Part shown: one piece after another, positions 12,891-23,454 of the stretch
Numbering within the stretch: the stretch's first letter is position 1
Layout of the letters: each line of letters starts with the position of its first letter
Assembly: GCA_030704615.1 (NCBI GenBank)
Contig: CM060732.1
Span: 34,720,001 to 34,784,000, forward strand
Length of the DNA stretch: 64,000 bases
Reading direction: 5' to 3'
DNA from: Takakia lepidozioides
Lineage: Eukaryota; Plantae; Bryophyta
Translations under genes and position numbers: made by a program
The notes under the pieces: model-generated
Databases searched by the model: none
What the model was told of the DNA's origin: nothing
What the model saw: the letters and a program-made list of their open reading frames with translations, nothing else

Positions 12891-14091
12891 TGACCTCTCT
12901 GATGAGCATGGAACAGACAAAAAAAAGGATAAAGAGGGTGGATAGTCACCTCCGGTTTCTTCTTTGCACTTGATGATGCTCCTAAGGCATTCAGCTTCTC
13001 CATGGGGTCTGGAGGCAGCATACTTCCAAGGAGGTCCTGGTGGTGCGAAACAACGGCAGACGGTATGGTCTCTGTGTCCATCTCTCCTCCCTGCTCTCTC
13101 AAGACCTGGTTCTCCACTTGTAGTGCTTCCTCCCGAGCCCAGCTGACTTCCTCGCCCTCCCCCCCTTCAATTGGAGGTTGCTCTTCGGTCGCCTCCGGGA
13201 TCACTTGAAGACCTTCCTCTCCAAACAGTGGTTGCAGAATCGGGTTTTGGCATTCGTCCTCATCTCCGCCGGAGGTTTCCTCTCCCATTATAAGTTCCCG
13301 TCTCGCCTTCCTCAGCCTCTCCTTAGCGCGTACCCTTTGCTTGTTTGATGTGAAGTAAAGTGTTCTTCGAAGTTTTCTTCTCCCTCGGGATATGGTCACC
13401 GTCTCTACAGAATCCAGGGTTGCAAAGACAATATGGAGAAGAAGGAAAAAAGGGGGCTACGGTTGGTTCAGTGCAAGGCCTTCCACGCCAAGATGATCGC
13501 TCGGAACAACCTGTGTGCCACATGCTCATTCCACATGCATGGCAAACACGTGTCCATCTAACCGTTATGTATATCTCCGGAATTTTTTTTTTTCTCATCC
13601 ACCGAAATTCGTTCGGGTCCACCTCTCATCCAAAAAAGTTCATTGATGAGTAATAGCTTTTTGGATGTTTCAGAGGAATGTGAAGTATGTACAGTTGTAC
13701 AGCGGTGCAGGTGCCGTTAAAATTGAATGGAAATGGGCATCTCATCTGGAATCTCTGACATGACAGGCAAATGGCGGCTCTGTCAGTGAATCTTGCTGAG
13801 TTGGTTTTCCAATGCACTGGTGGGGCACCTCTGAGAAAACAGTTGCATTCTTTGATTAGGGCTGACATTATCCACTCCGCATTTGGGCACTCTGCAACCG
13901 TCCACTTGGTTCGCATGGGGACACATTTCTACGATGTGCCGAACCGCGTTAGGAGACCTGCAAGCGGGTGCGACACCTGCAACTGTGTGTAAGGACGTCA
14001 TCTATACAGCCAAAAAACTCCGCTCTAGTACAACCTGCAATCAGAAGCAACGTCGGACTGTGAACTGTTCGTTTTGAAGCAACATTGACAG

Positions 14092-17000
14092 ATGGCCTCC
14101 CAGCCCATGGGCTCCCTTGACGCGGACTTCTTCAGTGAGGACCACCCTATCCCCTTTTCTTATGAGGTGGAAGATGACGGTTTTGCGGTGGTGCATGAAC
14201 ACGTGCTCGCAACGTAGTTTCGGTTGGAAAATGGAACTCTATTCCTTGAAAGGGAAGTTTACGATGCCAATGGAAAACTGCTCAAGTACGCGTTCCAGAA
14301 AACCTTCGCATACTGCACCAACCACACAATGGAGAGTGACTCCAGGCAGATACAGGGTGCTCAGTGCTCCTCGGAGACAGTCTGCAGGATCGTTCGTTAC
14401 TCCTAGCACGGCATCATCAGTGGCCCAGGAGAAAACACCCGTGGTTGTCAAGAAGGAGTCAAGTACCGTTAACATTGTAGTTGAGCTTTCGGACTCATCC
14501 TCCGATGACGCCTGTGAAATACTGCCCGTGGATCAGCCATGTCCACATCAGGAAGCAGATGCGGAGGAGATTACCAGTGTCATTCCTAAACTGAAAGCCA
14601 TGGGTGGGATGGCATGATTCAAGAGTGAGTTGAGGGGGATTGACTGGAGCACTTTCAATGTTCAGAGGGTGGCATTCCTGCCGGAATCTTTTGATGGTAA
14701 TACTGTTTTTGAGCTGCCTCCTCCTAGTCGCGTTGGGGGCATTTCCAGTCTCATGGAAGGAATGGACAAAAAGAACGATGGGCACCCTTGGTGCCGCACA
14801 AAAACCTCCAATATTCACAACCATGACAACCTCATATTCAGGCAAACAGTCTGTAATGGGCACCTGAAATGCGAGAACGTGAAATGCAGACACTTCGCAT
14901 TGTCGGGTGTGCAAAACCAAAGCGAATGGGATGGTGTCAGTGAGAATCCATTCAAGCCTGGTGTGTCACCTCCATACAGTAACACTTTTGTGTGCAAGTT
15001 CTGTAGGGTACCGCCTTGCTGCCTTACAATGTGTGGCGCCAGAATGTACTATGTGGTGCATCGATTCAAAACCCTGACTAGAGCCTGTGTCCATTTCGGT
15101 TTTCACAACCACCCTGTGTCCAAGGGGGATTACAGGGAGAGCGTTGAGACAGTCTCGCGTCTGATAAGGCAAGAGTTGGATACCAATCCAACTGGAACCA
15201 CATCTGCAATTGCCATGGGGGCGAGCAAGTCCTTTCTGGAAAGCCATATTCTGTGTGCATCGGATTCGGTTGGAGGAAAACTAGAGGGACCAGCTTTGGA
15301 CACTGTTATGGACCATTTCTCGACTTTGACTTCTCCAAACATTAGGAATCAGGTGAACGCTTTAAGAATGGGCTCTGGGAGCCGAGGTTATATGGACAAT
15401 ATTATGGATTTGAAGAAAATGAGCATGTACGACTACATCCAAGACAACGTTTTCCCGGGGCAAAGAGCCAGGAAAGTGTTCCTATTCAAAATGTCCATAA
15501 AAGGTGAGGGCAGCGGAGTCAGCCTGGTTAAACGTATGCAGAAGGGTGGCGATCTAGGCAACTGCTTCCTTATGTTCGATCACGTCAAGAGGGTTAAAGA
15601 CTGGACCACAATGGCATGTCATGTTTACGACCTTGTGTACCAGCGTGTCATGACAATTGCAGTGTGTGACATGCAGTCAGAGGACACAGATTCACAGCAG
15701 CTCATGTGGGAAGCTCTCATTCGTGTTATGGCCTCCAATGGTCTCCCATCTCCCAATTTTGGTGGTTTCATGGCCGACAGTGCTCAAGCTAACTTCAACG
15801 TTGTCCGCATTGTATTCGGGACGGGAGATCCAAAAGTGCCAATGCCTGGAAGAGAACGTACGTGTCTTTTCCATTGGACACAATCCTTGGATAAACACAC
15901 AAAGGCAGACATCAAGCCAGATATGCAGAGTATGCAACGTCAACTGTGCAAACAGTACAAAGACGCCAAAACTATGGGGGAAGCGAATACATTGTTCCAG
16001 ACAATTCGTGCCTGGTGATACTCATCTGGAGCGGCATCGGAGGACAGCATGAGGGCACTGGAAGACTGGTTTGCATTTTGGCACTTCCGTTACCGACAGT
16101 GGGGAGCGGCCATGACAACGGTGAGCGGTTTGCATTCACCTTCCTTTGGGTGCTTCGGATATATCTTTCAGGGTCCCATCCTAATATCGGCTTTGTGTTT
16201 TTTTGCCTTGCAGCATATGTCCATTGAGGAGATGGCGGACATGCTGTCTTGCAATCTAGCGGAGACAGTGCACAATGCCTGGTTGCAGCAATCCGGCAAA
16301 AATGGAAGAGATTTGTATGCGGCTACGGCCGATGACCTTATCCGTGCTCTGCAGCAGCAAACCAGATACATGTCATTCTTGAGGGGTGGCCTTGGAGGCA
16401 AAGGCCCGGACAGGAGCGAGTTGATGTTGCGGGCAGCCAGAAGATCGGGAGATCCCAGCAAAATAGCGCGGGCAGTGCGCATATGTGCAGATGGCACCCC
16501 TCTCGTGGTAAGAGTTCCCCATCTGGAAGGCGAAGAGAGATTTGGGTCTTGCAAACGGAAATTGGATACCCCTCCCGGATCGGATGCAGACTCCCATAAA
16601 GCGGACAGGGTCAACTTCTCGACGCCACGTGTTCCCTTGGATCAGAGATGGAATTGCGGAACATCCACAGGTGAGGGCCATTCTGCCCCAGACCGGACCC
16701 TTGCATCAAGCACTATCACTGCAATGGTTGAAAACTAGAACGTGGTGCAGCATGTAATAGAGTCCATGTGCTTGGACGAGCTTTGGCATATAGAACACAC
16801 AAGTGCTAGATCGCATGTGAAATGCGCGGCGATCAGGGCCACCAATCATGAAAAATGTACATCATTAATATCCAGAGGAAAAGAACGCACTGCAGCTCCT
16901 ACATTCACTGGTTTGTTTCTCCCTTACGGCCAAGGAGAGGCAAAGAACCACAAGTTTTGGTTTTACGCTGACGATTGCGGGAGATGTGTGCGTGGGACAA

Positions 17001-17596
17001 TGAGGCCCTCCGTGGTGCGGAAGCCTACTCCACCAACTGTGTGGACTGTGAAGATGGGCATAGGTCTCACTCACCAAGAGATCGCAATGCTGGAAGAGGC
17101 GGGTTTCTCCCTAGCCAGACATTCCATTACACGTGAAGGTGCTTCAAGTACAAGCGGTTCACGGGTCCCTCCGCCTGACGCTCACTTGTGGCCAACCAGA
17201 CGGAATGGGAAGCTGGTTCGACGATTCCCTCCAACCGCATAACACTATGGCAAAATCGAGTCCGCAAGAATGATTCACGCTCGTGTTGCGGGAACAATGG
17301 AAGTGCCTGATCCAGGGTATGGTCGGGTCTTCACCATAATCTCATCCACATCTGCGCTGCAGGACAAGACGTACGACATCACTGTTTCCAATTTTCCAAA
17401 TTGTACCTGTCCTGATTTTGTTGGTATGCTTTCAAGTAGTTTGGGAAAGAGAGGGAAGTTCATACCGTGCAAACACCTTTACTTCGTCTTCTTGAGAAGG
17501 ATGGTTTGTGATCCAAAGCGGGACTTCTTCATTCACCAAGCCACTATGAGTTTCAACGAAGTCAACACACTTCTACAGCGAGATACAAACCCATAG
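14092..17596 (+). pseudogene. MULE-type transposase of element B: GCM/WRKY-like Zn finger, DDE core, C-terminal SWIM Zn finger
   Basis: ORFs 14117, 14630, 16049, 16742 and 17270 are all in one frame, separated only by single stop codons. Catalytic pattern FDHV...ADSA...CLFH...NLAETVH. SWIM CTCPDF...CKHLYFV. Predicted 93-nt intron 16121-16213. The 5' end is uncertain. Confidence 0.9.
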
Positions 17597-17796
17597 AAAG
17601 CATTCACTTGACACTCCGAAATCTGTGTTTTCCTTGACTACAACTTGTAATGGAATGACTGTTCAAGTCCAGTGTCTCTCAATGTATGTCGTTTAACATC
17701 TTTGCTATGCGTGGATCAATGCATTTGTCGCATTGGTCTGTCATTCTGTTTTCATGAGCAAGCACAAGAAACTACCTTCAGATAGACAGATGATCA

Positions 17797-18032
17797 AATC
17801 AACCTCGTGTTAACACGAGGTTTACTTGGAGTTTTCCAAATCCCCCTTGTGCCGACACAAGGTTGATTTTAGTTCTAAGAAAAGAACGTCGTGTCAACAC
17901 GAGGTTGATATGAAGTTCTCCGAATCAACCTCGTGTTGACACGATGTTGATTTTAGTTCCAGGAAAACAACCTCGTGTTAACACAACGTTCATTTCAGTT
18001 CTAGGAAATGAAGCTCATGTTAACAGAAGGTT
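17797..18032. repeat. Six variant palindromes (AACCTCGTGT-NN-ACACGAGGTT) with an exact 42-bp period, downstream of the B transposase
   Basis: Centres at 17809, 17851, 17893, 17935, 17977 and 18019. Confidence 0.92.
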
Positions 18033-18149
18033 GAACTCCAGGAAAGCCCGAAACCCTTCATCCGTTTCACCTTCATGTGGTGATATCAGCAGTTGGGGGC
18101 CCCACGGTTATAGGCCCACCTTCTTTGTGGTGATGTGGCATGACCTGGA

Positions 18150-18274
18150 CCAGGCTCATGCCATGTCAGCATCAGCGCCACGTCAGCTGCGCGAGCGTAG
18201 GCTCACGCCACGTCATCATTGTGTGAGCGTACGCTCACACGCTCACGTGCCAGGCTCACGCGGTAGCGTCGTTG
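18150..18274. repeat. Element B right subterminal region and TIR with repeated GCTCAC/GTGAGC motifs
   Basis: Multiple GGCTCACG and CGCTCAC copies. The same motif occurs at 7005-7030 and 23465-23512. Confidence 0.75.
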
Positions 18275-18283
18275 TCCTATGTC
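18275..18283 (+). repeat. Right 9-bp target-site duplication of element B
   Basis: TCCTATGTC, identical to 6984-6992. Confidence 0.75.
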
Positions 18284-18493
18284 CTAAGTCCTGGCTAAGT
18301 CTGTATTTGCCTTCATTTCCATTGTTGCAAGCCCCACAAACAACCTTGCGTCAACGCAAGGTTGATTTGGGCTGCAAACCAAGGGTCATTTTGATTTGTC
18401 GCAAGGCTGTTTTGGGCCATGCAACTGCATGTTTATCTGTAATTGTGTTCAATACTAGACTTCATGACTAATAGATCTTCCGGTTTTTTACAA

Positions 18494-21400
18494 AGGAAAA
18501 GGAAAAGGAAAGAACCTTCCAGAGACGGAGCAGAGGCAGAGTATGAAGATGATGAAGAAGGCGATGACGAACATTACGCAGACAGAGCATAGGCTGTTAT
18601 CGGGGGACAGAAGGTGAACTCTTTGAAGGTAATCCTGTCAATGGAAATTCCTGGTGGAGATCTCCTTATCCCACTGTGCAGAATAATATCGATGCCTGCT
18701 GTCTGGCCAACACTCATAAACGACATAAGGAAACTCAAGAATGATTTTGTGCATGGGTATGTGAAAGGTTCTACGGTGTTCTATGTTTCCACAACTGACA
18801 CAAAGGGCGAAGAGTGCCCTGTATTAGAAGAGATAGAGGAAGGTTGGGATCCATGTTGGCGTGAAGTTAACAGGGAGCTCGAGGCCAAACTATCCAAGAA
18901 GGCTTCCACGAAAGTTTTCATGGGGAAGATGTTTTTTGTATGGGATGACAATCACCGGTTGCTTGCCTGGATGGACTACATATCCGAATTGCACTGTGAC
19001 GAAAAGGATGGGCACTGGAGCGTTCATTCTATGGTCCTGGATCACAAAGGACGAATCACACAACTGCTCACTGCCATGCACGACATCAACAAGTAAGTTT
19101 TCCGAAGTTGTTGTGCATTATGTGATTGCATTGCTCTGTTTGTGGTTGTTTTCTTCTTAATTGGCAAAGTGACTGTTCAATGCAGATCAAACGAAACCTC
19201 CCACGTAACAACCAACCTTTGCCACACCCTTTTCCGGGTCCAAAAGATCGGTATGATGCCACTAGAATCGTTTGTGAACGTGTTGAGTCCAAGTCAAATA
19301 AAGAGATGCAGGGAGAAGAAGCTCGTTACCTGGTATAGCCTGACAAGAGATGCATTTCTTGACTATATGTACACGGTAAAGAAACTTAAGCCGAATTGAA
19401 ATTCAGACTAGTTTGTTCCCTCTATTCAATGGATGTGAACTGAATGATCCTATATTTTGGATTTTTTGCAGCAAGAGATAGCGGAGACAGGCTTGAAGGC
19501 AAAGGCCGAATACTACGCCACTCACGCAAAGGAGGAGAGGTCTGCTGTGGGGGTGGTGGAGGCAATCCGGTTTGAGATGGATAACCACAGAAAGAACCTG
19601 CTGAGTGCGTTTGACAAACAAATCCGCATTGCAGATCCCGGTCTCGGATCAGAGTTCCTGGAGCAGGTGAAAGTGCACTACGACAAGTATGGAACTAAAT
19701 CCGCAATGACACAAGAGAAACTGCATCGCCTGTCCATTTCAATGGTGGACACCGCAACCAAAATCAGATGGTTGGAGATTTGGAACTCGGATCCTCTGGT
19801 GAAGGACACGTATGGGTTTCCAAGAAAAGATAAAGACCCCAAAACCAATGTGATAAAAGTGGTGAGCGACCACTCCTTCGACCAATGGCTTCACAAAGCT
19901 ACATTCTGGAGCCAGGTGAGAGAAACTACCCATTCATTCTTGCAGTCTGCATTTTTCCATAATTCCGTGTTGCTTGGCTCCATAGCCTCACATTTGCCTT
20001 GTTGGGACAGTTGGAGAAGCGTGCTATTGCAGCACTGGGAGAGTCTTTGACTGACTACAAAATCACCATGACAACACCAATCTCTCTTGAGCAATACATT
20101 CGAAGATGGAAAGGTGCTATCTGGAACAACTGTTTCTTCACGGAGTTTGAAAGAGACAAAGACATTTCCAGGTCGAATGAGTTCAAGAATCAGTACAATA
20201 GCGAGCAGGCTATGAAGCAAGTCTTGTACAGGTATCATGTTTCTTCATTGCGTCTTTTCGTGGTTGTGTTTTTCCTCCTCGAATCAATCTTATGTTGTTG
20301 CAAGGTTGTTTTGGGACTGCTAATGTGAGGCTACTCTGATAGTCTGCCGTTCCTTTTCCAGTCACACTTTAACCTTACGTCAACGCAAGGTTGATTTGGG
20401 CTCATGAACACATTTCTGTTTGTTGTATGCTACTTCTCCAGGCATGTTCCAACCTTGCGTCAACGCAAGGTTGGATGTAGGTCCTGTAGAACAGTGTTTT
20501 TCGAAATTTCTCTGCTTGTAGAAGTACATTTTCCGTTCATTCTCTTCTTCTCCACTGTCTCTTCGTTGCAAATTCTGCTTCTCAATATTCATTTTACAGA
20601 CTGATTTCAACCTTGCGTTAACGCAACGTTGTTTGAGGCTTGATTTTAGCTGCACATTTAAGTTATACTTCAATGCTTTGTTCAGCCTTGCGTTGACGCA
20701 AGGTTGTTCATTGCTCGTAATAGACCAATTTTGTGTTTTCATTGTTGGTTTTGGCAATTGGTTGGGATGCCTCAAACAACCTTGCATCAATGCAAGGTTG
20801 ATCGAGGTACTTTGTTTTTCCAGCTTCTTTGTGTCTGGTGGACAATGGCCTTCACTAAATTGTTCATTTGGGTGTGTTTTCCAAGTACATATACCATGTC
20901 CTCATTCCCGGCAAGTACCTCAGTATGAACCGGATTTCATTTTCATGTGGGCGGACCCCACTAAGGACAAGACAATGTACACTGCGGGAATTGCGAAGGA
21001 CTGGGGCAGGGCGCACTTCAGAGATTGTGGCTGGTACCTGGACTTGCCGAAACAGGACACACCGTTCGAGGAGGTGGTCATGCGCAACTTCAATGACAAT
21101 GCAGCAGCTCTTGCACCACTCAGTGACAAGGAAATTCAGGAGAGAATATTTCAATCCCTCGCAGCAAAAGATCTGGAGAAAAATAGCACTCCCAAACGCA
21201 AAGGGAAGGGCGCAGGTGATGGGAAGGGTAAGGGGAAGATTGTGGCTGGGCAGGAACAGGCTATGCAAGACAACTCGCAAGGACATGAGAACTCCAAAAA
21301 CTAAAGAACAGCCTTACGAGGCCAGAGAGCACCCTTCTCGTGTTTTGGGTCAGTATGAAAGTGAGGTGATTAACGAGAGCTTCTTGGCAATGATGGAATC

Positions 21401-22572
21401 TAGAAAATCCACATTCAAAGGAGAGAGATCGAAGACTTGGGACATCCTGGTTTCTTTCCTCACAAAGATACCCACACAAAACTTTGCCTGGTGTGTTTTC
21501 CACTTTGTTCAAGATTATGTTATGCTCCTAACTGGTCTATTGTTTTTGTTATGTGAAACAGGTCACCAAAAGACATGAATGGGTGAATGGAAGCCACCAA
21601 GTGTACGCAACAGAGCTGGTGGTGCTGGACATTCCAGATGGTCTGCCTGTGCCGGACGTCCTCCCATCGAACACAACGCCATCGTGGAACAAGTCAGATG
21701 CCCTTTTTTGGCAGTGGGTTTTTTCCTTCAGCAACAAATTTTTGTCTGATGCAGGAGCACTTCTTCTTTTGCAGTCAAAAGACATGCTGGCGCGCGAAAC
21801 CCTTTTCAGTTACATGAAGGCTTCCGGATTTAAGGTAATCAAAACATGGACGTGTATCAACACTCTTCCATTTTCCAAGGGAGAGTTCCCAGGACAGAGG
21901 GTGAGTTCAGGATGGTGGACTGCCTCTTCTGGTAATTTCATTCTGTTGAGTTCATTAAGCATGTTCAAAAACTGAATGTTTGGGGGGGGCAATGCAGACT
22001 CGGGTGTTCAAGGCTTTATGCTTGGTGAGGATGCGAAAGGACACCCTCCCTCCCGGTATTGCGGAGTTCCAGTTGAGGGACCTTGCAGCACACATCGACC
22101 CCACCTGTGAGCCTGTGGGGGACGATGTCTTGTACAATTACGTGGACTCCGGGCGGACCATGAAAAGGACGAATGGTGTCCCTTGGAGAGGTGCTCGGGA
22201 GAAATCTCTAGCATTCATGCAGACTCTGGTGGAGACTTGCAGCCGGCATGGGGGGCGGGTGGTGGACTTGTCTTTGGGAACAGGCCTGTCCTGCCAAGTC
22301 TCCTGCTCTGTCGTATCTATGATCTTGAATTTTGTAATGATTCTTGGTTTTTTAACCTTTCGTTCTGTGCATTTGTAGGTGTAACATTCCATGCCTGTAA
22401 GAGCGCCGGTAGACACTTCTTCGGCATGGAGGGGGATGCGGAGCTGTTTTCATGCGAGATTCAACAACTCACCTCCGGCTTGGCATCAGCCCCACACAAG
22501 GAAACAGTTTTCGACGAAAGGGAACTTCCAGATGAAGACCTCGACGTGGACTCCGACTTTGAGTGTACATAA
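18494..22572 (+). pseudogene. Exons 2-9 of the element A ParB-like + beta-class DNA methyltransferase-fold gene
   Basis: ParB box MFFVWDDNHRLLAW (~18929-18970). Motif IV-like LVVLDIPDG (DIPD at 21628-21639). EKSLAFMQTLVETCSRHGGRVVDLSLGTG (motif X/I, ~22200-22285), then TFHACKSAGRHFFGMEGD. GT-AG introns include 19093-19185, 19376-19471 and 19916-20010. Premature TAG at ~18589 and two CAG>CAA acceptor mutations. Confidence 0.82.
20284..20802. repeat. Five (plus one degenerate) palindromes in the large middle intron of the element A ParB-MTase gene
   Basis: Centres at (20294), 20379, 20459, 20617, 20692 and 20786. The intron starts at 20232. Confidence 0.9.
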
Positions 22573-23139
22573 GTCCGGTTTGTTTTGGATGACATGTCGG
22601 ATTTTTCATGATTCAGACCTTCATTTTTGTCACAAAGCATTTCCCTTCCGCGGTCCTGTCTTTCTGCTTACTGGGCTTGCAACTTTGGGAATCTTTGCAG
22701 GACACCAGAAACGAGGAGAAGCATCCCTTTCTTTGCTAACCCGGAATTTTTTCCGAGCCCAACTGCCCCCCTATGCCATGCTATGCGGAGGCTGCCGCTA
22801 GGGAGTTTACTCTCTGCGACTCTCCCCCTCTAGTTTGCTTCAATCGTGTAGAAAAGGTGGACAGCAGGGCTACGATCTTTATGGACATTAGTGCGTCGGA
22901 GTCCAGTGCTACCACAAGTTCCAGTGCATAGACATTTTCCAATTGGTTCCACCTGTTTGGGAATATCTAGGGAATCAACTGTGAGGAGATTGCTTCTCTT
23001 GCTTCAACTGCGTGCCTCCCTTCCCAACATTGTCTACATAAGACATTTTCTGGACATAAAATTTTTCATCTTCACTTGCAAGTCCATTCATACAATCTTT
23101 GTGGGTCCACAATACTTCCAGTCTTTACACATACACACA

Positions 23140-23390
23140 TAAATTGTTCATGCATCCAAAACATAAGTCCATCCATCAACTGTCTGAAATTCTACCATTC
23201 CAAATTTGTCACTCCGTCATTCATCCAGTGTTCCAGCATATATCATCCATCATTCGCCCCACACTCAGCCATCATGCATGTAACATCCAACCAACATCCA
23301 TCCACCATCCATCCAATATTTTTCATCCATCCACCATTCATCCAACGTTCATCCAGCTTCACATCCAGGTACGCATTACATTTTCACTCG
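23140..23390 (+). repeat. Low-complexity CATC/CATCCA-rich tract in the element A subterminal region
   Basis: Many degenerate CATCCA/TCCATC units. Confidence 0.7.
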
Positions 23391-23454
23391 TTCCCACGGG
23401 AATAGGTCCCCTGGTAATCACCGTCCGCGGATGTGGGCCCCTACACCCTCTGGC

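Larger units (their letters stand above)
7809..13399 (-). pseudogene. ParB/Srx-like domain + beta-class DNA amino-methyltransferase fold fusion gene of element B (~9 exons; decayed splice sites, stop at 11070)
   Basis: ParB-like VRPALRNDITKLKNNFVHSY...MFFVWDGNH(I)LLAW...AMHDIN. MTase-like TDLMVLHILDG, LLLMQ, GFRVIKTW and EKFRAFMQTLVETCSHHGGRVVDLSMGTG...ACKSARRHFFGME. Exon-by-exon homology with 18494-22572. Confidence 0.8.
6993..18274. mobile_element. Complete MULE 'element B' (~11.3 kb), inverted relative to A and inserted in intron 1 of A's ParB-MTase gene
   Basis: Imperfect ~26-bp TIRs: left GGGGAATGCTTGTGCGTGAGCCTGGC, right (reverse complement) CAACGACGCTACCGCGTGAGCCTGGC. Flanked by the 9-bp TSD. 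Contains a transposase and a ParB-MTase gene. Confidence 0.85.

Noticed and set aside
17797-18032. CRISPR-like 42-bp periodic repeat
   Set aside because: Spacers are only ~18 bp and similar to each other; this is a tandem repeat of the binding-site-like palindrome.
7809-22572. Bacterial or phage contamination explaining the ParB-MTase
   Set aside because: The gene has multiple GT-AG introns conserved between copies, sits inside plant-type transposons and is contiguous with plant nuclear genes.
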